A stretch of 64,000 bases of DNA from Octopus vulgaris. Its lineage: Eukaryota. Location of the stretch: the NCBI GenBank assembly GCA_951406725.2, contig OX597831.1, positions 61,752,001-61,816,000 of the forward strand, in the 5' to 3' direction. Positions within the stretch are counted from its first letter, which is position 1; the number at the start of each line of letters is the position of its first letter. The notes below the pieces were generated by a model. The model saw only the letters and a program-made list of their open reading frames with translations, had not been told where the DNA came from and made no database searches. A program made the position numbers and the translations under genes. Of the stretch, positions 11,782 to 24,565 are shown piece after piece.

Positions 11782-12108
11782 AAGTTTGTAAGATATTTGT
11801 TATTTTTTCTTCAATTTCTGCAATTTCAACCAATCAATGACGTCTATTGAGGTGAAAATATTCTGTGCCGTATGAATATGTCCCTCGTTTAAGAAACAGA
11901 TTGGGTTTATTTACATTTCTGAAGAAAATAAGATACCCTTCCACCCACCCCCACCCCTAACCTTAACCCTAACCCTAACTAACCCCAACTTTAACCCCAA
12001 CCCTAAAACAGATTGAAATGCAATAGATCGATACTAGGGTCATAATTATGGGTGACAATTGCATATGACACCGCTAGAAAAAATTGCCGTTCAAACCGAA
12101 AAGATCCC
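11782..12108 (-). mobile_element. MITE-like element, one-ended copy, containing (CCCTAA)n-like run
   Basis: Reverse complement of 14453-14737; ends in the terminal repeat gccgttcaaaccgaaaagatccc. Confidence 0.8.
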
Positions 12109-12284
12109 AAATTTCTTGATCCACACACCAAAGAACCATTCCATTTTATGCATCGCATTAAATCTATCAAAAATAAATAAATAAATAAAAAGGTCTAAGG
12201 AGTGAATGAAGTAGTTACGTGAGCACTTCATTTTGTGCCTAGTTTCACGTATTGTTCCCACTGATGATGTTACAAGCTTTAATG

Positions 12285-12765
12285 TTTCATCATCATTGTT
12301 CGACCGTGGTCGAGACAATGGAATTTACTATGCTAGGCCAGACTTCACGGCCCATCATAGCATTACGGAGGTCCTGTTGTTGGATGCATGGATCCCTGGA
12401 GATTACATCAGGGTAGGAGCGTGTGCGTCCTCTGGTATCACGAATAGATGGCTTCCAGAGGAGAAGAGCAGAAATTACCTCGTTTTCACCTCTACAACAA
12501 TGTCCAGCAAACTGGACTCTTCTACCTTTCACAAGAGATGATACAGGTGGTAGTTTCCCATATATTTGTACTTTGGTTGGATGACGCTTCCACGAGAGAT
12601 TTTGAGCTGTCCTAAGGAGGCGAGTGTAAGTTCCATCCAACCGCCTCTTAAGCTTCTTTGATAACGTCCAGGTTTCTGAGCCATATAGTAGAATTGGTTC
12701 GACTGTGGCTTTGAAGCTTTTAAGTTTGAAATCTCTACTTATATTTGATGACCAGATCTTGGTAA
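12285..12765 (-). mobile_element. RTE-group LINE 3' fragment
   Basis: ATVEPILLYGSETW, LDGTYTRLLR..LSWKRH, RRVQFAGHC, LLLWKP; stop followed by a (TGA)n tail. Confidence 0.9.
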
Positions 12766-13539
12766 TGTGTCAGATATTTTCCTCCCACTTGATTTTTTGA
12801 AACATCATGTTTACTACCGAGTGTAATCCATTTATGGTTATTTTTCAAACTTCTGCCTTCAGTTCCACTTAATGGGCTCTTTCCAGTCATCTGTGGTTGC
12901 AGTCAACAGTTCAATTATCCACAACAAATATGTAATAAAGAACGTAGTGCCAGGAAATGATGGTTTTGTGAAGAGTAAAGACATTGTCTTATGCCTATGG
13001 ATATAAGAATGGAAATGAAAATACGAGAAGGTGAAGGGGCAAGTTGAGGAGGTGAAAGGAAGAAGTATATGATTACAGTTAGTTGAAGGGTTACCAAGTT
13101 CATGAAAACTTCACCCCTAACGATTATGTCTTCAGCCATCAAAAGTTTGTGAATAGGTAGTGGCGTTAGTTGTATTGGTTTTGGTGTTGGTATAAATAGT
13201 GGTGGTGATGGTGATAGTGGTGATAGTAGTTGTGGAGGAGTGTATTGGTGGTGATGTTCACATTGTTCTTCTTGTTAATTGTATTGTTGCTGCTGTTAAG
13301 TCTCAAGTCAGTCTGTATTGATCGAAGATCAAAGAGATTTCGATTCAACCTTTAAAATACACTAGGGTATCGCATTATCTCGTGTCATTGCCTTTTATTT
13401 TAGATGGAGTTACTTATCTTGTTGTAGTTGTTGTTGGTCATTAAAGAGTTGGTTTGTTAGTTAGTAATGCCAGTGGTGGTATTGGCTTTGGTGTTGGTGG
13501 TTAGCATTTACACATACATATAAACACACAACAAACACG

Positions 13540-13753
13540 CACACAATATATATATAGAGAGAAAGAAATAGAGAGTATGAGAGGAAGAGAGGGAGAGAGA
13601 GATAGATAGATACTGACTGAACTTGAGAAAATATACAATAACACTGACACACACTATAAGTATAAGTATGTACGTTTGTATATCTATCTATGCGTATGTA
13701 TGTAAGTTTGTGTGTGTATGCATATATATATATATGCATACACACACACACAA

Positions 13754-13799
<46 letters not shown>

Positions 13800-13940
13800 T
13801 TGTGTGTGTTTATGTATGTGTGTACATGTATTTATGTATGTATATATATATATACATCTTTGTGTGTGTGTGTGTGTACATGTATGTATATGTGTATATA
13901 TGTGTATGTATATATATGTGTGTACATATATTTGTATGTG

Positions 13941-13982
<42 letters not shown>

Positions 13983-14016
13983 GTTATTATATATATATAT
14001 ATACATATATATATAC

Positions 14017-14069
<53 letters not shown>

Positions 14070-14085
14070 AGTATATATATAGTGA
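13540..14085. repeat. Compound (TA)/(TG)/(ATT)/(CA) microsatellite block
   Basis: Direct. Confidence 0.9.
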
Positions 14086-14452
14086 TTATAGTTTTTCAAT
14101 TTGTTAACTATGCTTTGATCTTAGTTAAAACACTGAGAAGAGTGCTTTTGTCTTAGAAGAAAATGTAGATTTTAAACTTAAATTTATGAGTTTCCACAAG
14201 GACAAAATTACAGATTGTTCCTGGAAATTAGCAGCGTTACTTTACAATATATGTAATTGTGAAATTCTGTAACCTAAACAGGCATTAACATGGAAAATGC
14301 ACCCGGTTAAATCAATGTTATTTAAGTATAGTATTTATCCAAAAAAACAACTTCAAAATGATACTTAAAGGCTGTCTTGAAACCAATATACATGTTAAAA
14401 CAACATGCATATTGTTATATACTAACTATTGTTGTATAGATGCAGACAATTT

Positions 14453-14871
14453 GGGATCTTTTCAGTTTGAACGGCAGTTTTCCTAGCGGCGTCATATGAA
14501 AGTGTCACCCATAATTATGACCCTTGTATCGATCTATTGCATTTCAATCTGTCTTGGGGTTAGGGTTAAGGGTGGGGGAAGGGTATCTTATTTTCTTCAC
14601 AAATGTAAATAAACCCAATCTGTTTCTTAAACGAGGGACATATTCATACGGCACAGAATGTTTTCTTACCTCAATAGATGTCATTGATTGGTTGAAATTG
14701 CAGAAATTGAAGAAAAAAACAACAAATATCTTACAAATTATAGAATTTTCTCAAATAAAGCCAAGAGAAAAAGATGTTTTATAAACACATTCTACTATTA
14801 TACGAAGTTTAAAAGTGTTTAGTTACGTGGAAATTATTTTAAAAAATTACAGTTCAAACCGAAAAGATGCG
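14453..14871 (+). mobile_element. MITE-like DNA element with ~29-bp terminal inverted repeats
   Basis: Left gggatcttttcagtttgaacggcagtttt; right aaaaattacagttcaaaccgaaaagatgcg; internal ggttagggttaaggg. Confidence 0.8.
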
Positions 14872-14879
14872 AAATTTGT

Positions 14880-15178
14880 TTCTCATCCACTTGGTTCCAG
14901 GTTTAATCCCACTGCATGGCACCTTGGGCAGGTCTCTTCTACTTGAGTTGATCAAGTCCTAGTGAGTGGATTTGGTTGAGAGAAACTGGAAGAAGCTTGT
15001 TGTGTGTGTGTCTTTGTGTTTGTCCTCCTCCAATATTTGACAACTAGTTTTGGCGTGTTTACATTCTCATAACTTAGGGGTTCAGCAAAAGACTAATAGA
15101 ATAAGTACCAGGCTTAAAAAGTAGGCAGAGGGGTCAATTCGTTTGACTGTAGTCTAATGACTGAAACAGATTAAAGAT
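14880..15178 (+). mobile_element. SINE family A, degenerate and CpG-depleted
   Basis: Match to the family with many CG>TG/CA changes. Confidence 0.75.
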
Positions 15179-15380
15179 ATTTACTATATTTCCTCATCAA
15201 CCCAATCATATTGAAGCGATACTCAAAGAAGTGTTACTCTTTACTCTTTTACTAGTTTCAGTCATTTGACTGTGGCTATGCTAGAGCAATGCCTTTACTC
15301 AAACAAATCGACCCTAGGATTGATAATACAATTTAATCTGAATGCGAAAGGGTCAAAATTTCAGTAACTGAGTTCAGCAA

Positions 15381-15599
15381 ACTCTTTACTCTCTTTTTAC
15401 TCTTTTACTTGTTTTAGTCATTTGACTGTGGCCATGCTGGAGCACTGCCTTTAGTCGAGCAAATCGACACCAGGACTTATTCTTTGTAAGCCTTGTACTT
15501 ATTCTATCGGTCTCTTATGCCAAACCGCTAAGCTATGGGGACTTAAACACACCAGCATCAGTTGTCAAGTGATGTTGGGGGACAAACACAGACACAAAT

Positions 15600-15664
<65 letters not shown>

Positions 15665-15774
15665 CGTATATTTGCCATTTAAATATGGCTAACCCCTAAG
15701 GGTGGATGCTACTGTAGTTTTTAGCCCCAGGAGGACACCTCCTCCAGCTGGCCATAGACACTCTTTCTGTGCCC

Positions 15775-15812
<38 letters not shown>

Positions 15813-15833
15813 GAAATATATATTTTAATAAAG

Positions 15834-15880
<47 letters not shown>

Positions 15881-16038
15881 TACGACGGGCTTCTTTCAAT
15901 TTCTGTCAACCAAATCTACTCACAAGGCTTTGGTCGGCCCGAGGCTATAGTAGAAGACACTTGCCCAAGGTTCCACACAGTGGGACTGAACCTGGAACCA
16001 TGTGGTTGGTAAGCAAGCTACTTGCCCCACATCCACTA
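15381..16038 (-). mobile_element. SINE family A with ~120-bp insertion in its (TA)n tract
   Basis: The two halves flank a non-SINE insert at 15661-15780. Confidence 0.8.
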
Positions 16039-16249
16039 TGCATATTTTTAGATGAATTTTTGCTACATCACTTGTTCCTGCAGATTATATTGTTCTACTA
16101 AATAGGTACATTACTTCAACTACATTGTTGGATATTCAACTGTCTGATTCTATTACTTAAGGAAAGCTTTCTCCAGCTAATCACAAACAATTCCCTCACA
16201 AACAGCAAAAAAAGTTTTGTATGAATGAGCTGATATATTAGACTGTATC

Positions 16250-16576
16250 TTATGTGCTCGTAAATATTTGGATTTTAATAAGAAATTATATACCCAAATA
16301 TACTGACAACACATTAACATCAGTGGATTTATATATGAAACTATATATATGTAGTGAATCTTGCAAGCATGAAGTGGATTCGATCCACCATAGCCAAATT
16401 TAAATTAACACTGCTACAGAATTTTTCCCACGATGGAACAATGGTTTTCCTCTGACAGCAGTTTTACATTTTCCAGATGCCTTTAGCTAGGCCGAAATGT
16501 TTTCACCACTTGACCCTTTCTAACCTCTTCTACTTCACCAAAAGCTAGACTAGATAACAAAACCACCAACTAAATC
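16250..16576 (-). repeat. ~330-bp segment duplicated in inverted orientation at 8963-9295
   Basis: Base-by-base match with few substitutions or indels. Confidence 0.9.
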
Positions 16577-16876
16577 ATCATCAATGGCACACTTATGGAC
16601 ATAGTTTTGCCATTCCTATGTTCATCTCCATCATCAACATAAGCATCACCCTCATCCTTATCTTTTTCCCCTGCCTCTCATCATCAACATTATATCTTCT
16701 GTCAGTTCTTATTTGGATTTATTGTGTCCATGGAACTGTGGAAGAATATCTTCCAGCTTCCATGAATTTTGGCAATGCTTCTTCCATCAACCACTTTATA
16801 GATTCTCCAGGATACATTTTATAGTGGCAACTGGACTACAGAGTCTACTTTGTTCTTGACAATATTACAAGGGCCA

Positions 16877-17095
16877 AAGGCAGTGAGCTGGCAGAATTGT
16901 TATCACACCAGACAAAATGGTTAATGGCATTTCTTCTGACCTTACATCCTGAATTCAAAAATTCTGCAGAGGTCAACCTTGTCTTTCACTCTTTTGGGGT
17001 CAATAAAATAAATACCACTTGAGCACTGGGGTTAATGTAATCGACTTCCTCCTCCCCTAAACTTGCTGGCCTTGTGCCAAAATTTGAAGTCAATG
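16877..17095 (+). mobile_element. SINE family B, degenerate
   Basis: Match to the family, CpG-depleted. Confidence 0.75.
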
Positions 17096-17734
17096 TTAAA
17101 AAAAAAGCTCTTGCATAGTAAATTTTACGCAGTTCTTTGTCAACCACTTTACCTTATCTGGTGAATTTTAATGAGATTCCAACATTAGGAAGATTGCTTT
17201 GTCTCCTGCAAGACAAAGCAGTTTATTTCATTGAACATTGTCTGTGATCCATCAGATAAAAGTGACAGAGGAGGTGAATAGAAGAGCGAGAGGAAGATGA
17301 TGAAAAACAGTGAATGAATGTGATGTGAAAATAGCTTAAAAGAAGCAAAAGCATGGCTGAGGAATGAATAATAGAAGAGAGACAGCGATAGCCAAATGGT
17401 GCTTGTTATTAAGGAAGTTCATCAAAACAGAATCACAAAGCAAGAGTGTCTGATGGCATAATATATCTGAGTGCATAATTTTATGGAAATCTGCATATTT
17501 CTGGGCGTGGCTTTTCGCCCACAAACATTATTTATTTATATATGGTTCTGAACGTAAACGATTCTTTGTATTTGAATGCTTTCCATTATTAACATACATT
17601 TCATTTCATTAGCTCTGAGGAAGTTATAGGTTGTTACATAAGTACAGAGATCTGTGTGCATTGCTAATGGTGATTATTATGAGAGTCCTGTTCTATTGCC
17701 ACTCATTAATATATATATATATATATATATCTTT

Positions 17735-18360
17735 AATTTATTTCAGTCATTTGATCATGGCCATCCTGGGGCACCACCTCAATAAAGCTTTAGCCAAATA
17801 AATTGACCCCAGTACCTTTTTTAATGTAGGTCTGGCACTTATTTTATCAGTCTCTGTTGCCAAACCATTAAATAACAGGTATGTAGACTTACCAGCATGG
17901 TTGTCAACAGGTGGTGGGGGACAAGGACAAACACAAAGATACATATATACACAAATATATATATATATATATAAATACATGACAGGCTTCTTTCAATTTC
18001 TGTATACCCAATTTGCTCACAAGGACTTGGTCAATCCAAGGCTATTGTAGAAGTCCCTTGCCCAACGTGCCATGCTGTAGGACTGAACCCAGAGCCTCAT
18101 GGTTGGGAAACCATGCCTGTGCCTGTCCCTTTAATCCCTTTAGTCCCTTTAATTGTTTCAGTCGTTTGACTGCTGCCCTGCTGGAGTACCGCTTGAAAGG
18201 ATTTTAGTTGAACAAATCAAGCCCAGGACTTATTCTTTGTAAGCCTAATACTTATTCTATCAGTCACTTTTGTTGAACTGTTAAGTTATGAGGATGTAAA
18301 CACCCCAGCATTGGTTCTCAAGCGATGGTGGGGCAACAAGTACAGACACATAAATGTATA
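17735..18360 (-). mobile_element. Two tandem degenerate SINE family A copies
   Basis: Tails at about 17740 and 18152. Confidence 0.75.
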
Positions 18361-18539
18361 CATGTGTGTATATATATATATATATATATACAAATCTATG
18401 TGTATGTGTACAGATAACATGGAAAACATAAATAAATAGTTACCAGGGTAGCAAAAAATTCCCATAAGTACCAAGGATGTAACAGCTTGCTTAAAAGATA
18501 GAAATTCCAGGGTTTAGTGAAATGTTTTTGTATAACAGA

Positions 18540-19016
18540 TAAATAAAGAAATGGAGTTAAACAGAGGTGTTACTCAAATCTTTATACTTTCTACATATGT
18601 TTCGAAGAAAACATTGGTATTATTCCAGAGGGAATAAAATAGTGTAAAACAGTGCAATCTTCTCAGCAGGGAAAAATAGAGAAACAACTTCAGTAAGCCA
18701 TTTTAACCGAATAAGATGACTGCATATATGATGAAGGGAACGCTGGCAAGTTATTTTTTTTTTAAATGTTACTAGATTTAACATAAAAAGCAATTTAGAG
18801 AAAGAAAGAAAATAGCAGAAAATCAGGAGTGTAGTGCATTATATAGGCGTAGGAGTGGCTGTGTGGTAAGTAGCTTGCTAACCAACAACATGGTTGCGGG
18901 TTCAGTCCCACTGCGTGGCATCTTGGGCAAGTGTCTTCTGATACAGCCCCGGGCCGACCAATGCCTTGTGAGTGGATTTGGTAGACGGAAACTGAAAGAA
19001 GCTTGTCGTATATATG

Positions 19017-19047
<31 letters not shown>

Positions 19048-19615
19048 TTGTGTGTCTATGTTTGTCCCCCTAGCATTGCTTGACAACCGATGCTGGTGTT
19101 TTTACGTCCCCGTCACTTAGCGGTTCGGCAAAAGAGACCGATAGAATAAGTACTGGGCTTACAAAGAATAAGTCCCAGGGTCGATTTGATCAACTAAAGG
19201 CGGTGCTCCAGCATGGCCGGAGTCAAATGACTGAAACAAGTAAAAGAGTAAAGAGATATAAATGGGAATAAAACTTAAAGGTATGGAAATAGATATATTT
19301 AGTGAAAATGAAATGTAAGAAGACAGTTAAAGGTCCAATTTTATACACCAATTTATAAAACTGGACCTTTGACTATCTTCTTACATTTCATTTCCACTAT
19401 ATATATCTATTTCCACGCCTTTGAGCTTCATTCCCATTCATCTAATGCACTACATTTCTCTACTCTTGGTTTTCTGCTATTTTCTTTCTTTCTCTAAACT
19501 GCATTTGATATCAAATCTATTAATGGTTTTATAAAAAAAATAACTTGCCAGCATTCTCTCCATCATATATGCAGTCATCACATTCGGTTAAGATGGCTTA
19601 CTGAAGTTGTTTCTC
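18540..19615 (-). mobile_element. Penelope-like element remnant: hammerhead-like motif plus long fold-back, interrupted by a SINE
   Basis: Hammerhead-like motif at 18587-18675 (minus); arms 18679-18843 plus 19258-19345 pair with 19354-19615. Confidence 0.6.
18845..19255 (+). mobile_element. SINE family A, full length, CpG largely intact
   Basis: Match to the family. Confidence 0.9.
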
Positions 19616-19891
19616 AACCCCTAACTTACTTGGCATGAAATAATAATTAAATGAGGAATATCTATTACTAGTACTTGTATATGTATAAACTATCAATGCA
19701 ATATTTGGGGTATTGCTGGTAAGAGTGAGTACATTTTAGTATGGTATGACAGTCCCTCAAAATGAATACTGTTGGAGATAATACGGATGGACTCATTGCT
19801 AAAGGATATACCAATACCAACTAAGGAAGTCAACATTTTAATATCCTAAAGCTGATGAACCAACTAATGTGCTTCTCCATTTTCTTATTTG

Positions 19892-19945
<54 letters not shown>

Positions 19946-19949
19946 TATT

Positions 19950-20107
19950 TGATGGGCTTCTTTTGAGTTTCCGTCTACCAAATCTGCTCACGCTTTGGTA
20001 GGCCCAAGGCTATAGTAGAAGATGCTTGCCCAAGTTGCCACACAATGGGACTGAACCCAGAACCATGTGGTCAGGAAGCAAGCTTCTTACCACACAGCCA
20101 TGCCTGT
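19950..20107 (-). mobile_element. SINE family A, 5' half
   Basis: Match to the family. Confidence 0.75.
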
Positions 20108-20109
20108 GC

Positions 20110-20162
<53 letters not shown>

Positions 20163-20932
20163 CACACACACACACACATATATATCCCTTTTTGGATCAA
20201 TATATATTGGGCTTAAAAATCTCTTTAGAAAGAAAGTCAATGGCTAGCTGTATCTTTCAATTCACATGAATTTTATATAGGAATTTAAATGGTTTTCATA
20301 ATCCCATAAACCTATCTCTGCCTCCTTTAGTTGAGAAGAATTGGTAAGTTATGGCCGCTTAAGGGTTAAATATCCGTAATCTGCTGTTCTTTTCATTACA
20401 ATTTGTAAATGTTTGGCAAACTTCTCCCTAACTGTTGCAATCTGTAAGAACATTCTGACCTCCTCTCATTCCACATTGAACCAACGTGTCAGTTAATCTA
20501 TAACTAATTTCCTCATTGCTTTTTACTTCTCTCATTACACTATTCCTCTGGTGCAAGCAATCATTTCAATGATTTTATTCTATAGACATGAGACCTTTTC
20601 TCATAGGGTTAATGGCTATACTTGATATTGCATTGATCCTATAGTATTGCAGTTAATTATTTTATTGATCAAACAATGATGAAAGGAAAAGCCAACACTG
20701 ATGGGACTTTAAACTAAGAGATATAAAATACTCAGCTAAATACTTTACATCCAACAACCTACTATCTCTATTCTACTAGTATGGCTTTGCACATACTACA
20801 CTCTAATGATGTATTATCCTAACAATAATTACTACAAGCCTTTAGTATTCTGTTTACTTAAGTTTTGATCAGAACAAGCATCATGTTTAGAATCTCACTT
20901 TCCACTTGTAGTTGTCTAACTAATAATATGAG

Positions 20933-21050
20933 AATTCTAATACATGTGTATATTTTAAGGGCTAAAACCACTATGTGGACAGCTATATCTAGCATGTGGC
21001 TGTCCACATAGTGGTTTTTAGCCCTTAAAATATACACATATATTAGAATT
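20933..21050. repeat. Inverted repeat, ~55-bp arms
   Basis: aattctaatacatgtgtatattttaagggctaaaaccactatgtggacagc is near-perfectly complementary to 20999-21050. Confidence 0.9.
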
Positions 21051-21429
21051 TTCTCTGATTTTTCAGATTTTTGTATGCTAGGCTACTGGTTTTAAATTGA
21101 TATTAATTCAATTAATATTCAATTTATCTCCCTCATTATTTAAACTTTAAAATAATAATATGAGAAAATAGAGGGTTACATGAAAGTATAAATAGCATAG
21201 ATAATATTTCCCATTATGATTCAGGGTGCTCTTTTTTAACTCTAGGTCTGCCTTAACTGAATAGATTAATTTCAATTTAACTAATTAAGAAATTTAGTTC
21301 AGATATGAACTAAATGATTTGAAATGCATAATTTTATCTAACTAGAGTTTGCGTTTAACTTTTAGCATTCAGATTACTTTGTTAAATTTAATGATTATAT
21401 ATTCACAAGGATGTTAAAATCCCTCTGTC

Positions 21430-22078
21430 CACCCAGCTGGTTGGTTGGCATTAGGAAGAGCAGACACTAAGCTCCACTTGTGAAGACCTGTTGGGGCAAG
21501 TGAAATCGAAATCAAATTCGATGACTGGCATCCGTGCTAGTAGAGAACTAAGAGCAGCATCTGAGCATGATCGTTGCCAGAGCAGCTAAATGGCTTCCAT
21601 GCCAGTGGCACGTAGAAAGCACCATTCGAGCATGATCATTACCAGCGTCAACTTACTAGCATGTGTAAAAACATTTGAGCGAGGTAATTGCCAGTGTCGC
21701 TGAACTGGCTCCTGTGCAGGTGGCACGTAAAAAACACCATTTGAGCATGGCCGTTGCTAGTACTGCTTGGCTGGCCCTTGTGCCAGTGGCACGTAAAAGC
21801 ACCCACTACACTCTCAGAGTGGTTGGCATTAGGAAGGGCATCCAGCTGTAGATACTCTGCCAGATCAGATTGGAGCCTGGTTCGGCAGTCCTCAGTCAAA
21901 TCGTCCAACCCATGCTAGCATGGAAAGCGGATGTTAAATGATGATGATGATGATGATGATGAGGATGATCCAGCTATAAAATCCATGCCAAAACAGGCAT
22001 AGAAGTCTAGTGCAGGCTCCACCTGACCAACTTTTGACAAACTATCCAACCCATGCCTGCATGGAAGGTAGACGCTAA

Positions 22079-22126
<48 letters not shown>
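21430..22126 (+). mobile_element. SINE-like family C (internal gccagtggcacgtaaaaagcacc repeats, (GAT)n tail), plus a second tail
   Basis: gttggcattaggaagggcatccagctgtaga...gttaaa(tga)n; reverse copies at 25112-25465 and 43606-43920. Confidence 0.8.
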
Positions 22127-22127
<1 letters not shown>

Positions 22128-22363
22128 CTGTTTTGAATTGATCCTAGATATCTCGTAGCTTCAAGAGTTCGAGGATGCTTATTTTTTAGACTGACATTCT
22201 TGGATAGGTGTGAGAGACCAGATCTGGCCTGTTTGAACATGAAGTAGGTAGAATATTTTGGCAGGATATGGCTGGTTTAAATGCTAAAGGGTCAAATCCT
22301 ACAAAATCCTTATTTTACATCTCTTCAGTTTCAATAGAATGAACATTACTGTACTACATATTA

Positions 22364-22395
<32 letters not shown>

Positions 22396-22396
<1 letters not shown>

Positions 22397-22949
22397 GAGT
22401 GAGAGAGCAGTGCATGCCATCAAAGTGACACTGGGGTAAAATATACGAAGCCCAGTATACCCATCATGGCTACACGTCTGATAAGGGTACACCAGGCACA
22501 TGCATCACAACCATATGTGCGCGACATGGTGATCTCATATCAAGATAAACAGCACATGACCTTGCAGGTGGGGCCCAGTTAGAATTTTCTTCAGGTCAGG
22601 TAACCCATCCCACTCGAAAGGTCCCTGAATAAGGGTTATTTAAGGATGTTGAATGAAACACCCATGTTTCCAGAGGTGAATTATTCAAACCCCAAAGAAT
22701 CCCCGTCAACACATGGCTATGATGCTCCTCCACTACTTCTGCTCATGATCAGAGATGCACATATCGTCAACCACTAAGGGACATACTCAACTGGTTAAGT
22801 CAAACAACTAACAAGAAAATCTGTTGTATTGAGCAGAATATTTGCTGTAGCCCATCTTTTATACAAAGACAAAACAATGTACATGATAACACTTCCAATC
22901 AGTTAAGATCAGAAGCCATGAGAGCCACTGCATGGTAATGCATCAGGGC

Positions 22950-22950
<1 letters not shown>
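22396..22950 (-). mobile_element. ~555-bp non-coding element inserted in a (TAA)n array (possibly R4/Dong-related)
   Basis: Complex sequence flanked on both sides by (ATT)n in the same orientation; no ORF. Confidence 0.5.
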
Positions 22951-22988
<38 letters not shown>

Positions 22989-23026
22989 TATTATTATCAT
23001 CTTTATTATTATCATCATCATCATCA

Positions 23027-23069
<43 letters not shown>

Positions 23070-23139
23070 CATTATTATCATCATCATCATCATCATTATT
23101 ATTATTATTATTATCATCTTTATTATTATTATCATTATT

Positions 23140-23183
<44 letters not shown>

Positions 23184-23302
23184 TATTATTATTATTATCA
23201 TCTTTATTATTATTATTATTATTATCATTATTATTATTACCATCATCATCATCATTACTATTATTATTATTATTACTATTATTATTATTATTGTCATTAC
23301 TA

Positions 23303-23394
<92 letters not shown>

Positions 23395-23395
23395 T
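22951..23395. repeat. (ATT/ATC)n compound microsatellite
   Basis: Direct. Confidence 0.95.
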
Positions 23396-24334
23396 CATCG
23401 ATTGTAATAACAATGACACATCTTTTTAGAGGTTTGAGAGTAAGCACAGTAAAAATTATGCATTTTGTTTGAGACCCACTCTTGGCATTACTAACACAGT
23501 ATTGTAAGTAACACAATTTAAACCTTCCCAGTCTGGTGAGATGAATAGAGTTCCTGAGCAGTTGTTAATGATATTTGCAAGAAAGAATTTTTTTTTAACA
23601 TGGTCACTGGAACTTTCATGAATTAATAACTAAACTTTCTTCAAATTATACCCATACCATATTAATAAGACCAAAGTATTCATAGTTTGAATGTATTTAT
23701 CATAAGTTTTCTCATTCCTGGATAAAAAGCAATAACGATGAGAAAGGATGTATTTCAGAAGTTTACAGTTCTAAGAAAAATATCGAAAAAAAAACCCCAA
23801 ACACTTTGTGTTTGGATATGGGGTTAAGATATATTAGAAATCCTATGAAGAGGTGTTTGTGGATGAAATGATAAAGCTAGGTGGAGGTTGCTCTCAGTTT
23901 TGTCAAGAGTCAGTAATTGATCATGCAGGCTGTATTTATTAGGTTTGACAATAAGACTTCTTATCGGGGATATAAATTTGTCAATATCGGTAAAAGTATG
24001 GTTGCCATGAAAGATCATCAGAGATTGTAAAATCTAGCATTGTTAACAATCCTGTGAGTTTGAGTTTCATTCACGTGTTTCCTATAAATAATATAGAGTA
24101 TTTGTGAATATTTTTGAAAATATTTACGATATGTAAAGATCCAGGTGCAAAGAAACTGTTGGAGATATGCATATTCAAAAGTTATACAGTGAAGTTGAAT
24201 AAGACATTATGCTATAGGGAAAAAAAAGATGTTTTAAGAGGAAGATTTCACCTGAAAAAAAGCAATGTACAAGGACAAGGTAAGGGTGAAGAGGGAGTAG
24301 ATATATAAAGGCGATCAGTTGTAAAGGCCAAAAG

Positions 24335-24565
24335 GAGGTGAGCTGGCAGAGACATTAGCACTCTGGGCAAAATGCTTAGCAGTATTTCGTCTGCCGCTAC
24401 ATTCTGAGTTCAAATTCCGCTGAGGTCGACTTTGCCTTTCATCCTTTCGGAGTCGATAAATTAAGTACCAGTTACGCATTGGGGTCGATATAATCGACTT
24501 AATACGCTTGTCTGTCCCTGTTTGTCTTCTCTGTGTTTAGCCCCTTGTGGGTAGTAAAGAAACAG
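24335..24565 (+). mobile_element. SINE family B
   Basis: Match to 4785-5018. Confidence 0.85.

Noticed and set aside
11955-12006. True telomere or fusion scar
   Set aside because: Short degenerate run internal to a MITE.
13461-14156. ORFs up to 212 aa
   Set aside because: Compound microsatellite; no coding signal.
17330-17530. 62-aa minus-strand ORF
   Set aside because: Faintly resembles a decayed LINE C-terminus (LSLFYY); no splice or homology support.
20326-20350. 13-nt micro-exon-like pattern (tttag...GTAAGT)
   Set aside because: Frame-shifting length and no other support; expected by chance.
22899-23516. 205-aa and 165-aa ORFs
   Set aside because: (ATT/ATC)n artefacts.
23824-24050. 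64-aa ORF
   Set aside because: TISDDLSWQP in a neighbouring frame suggests an ancient LINE RT remnant, not a gene.
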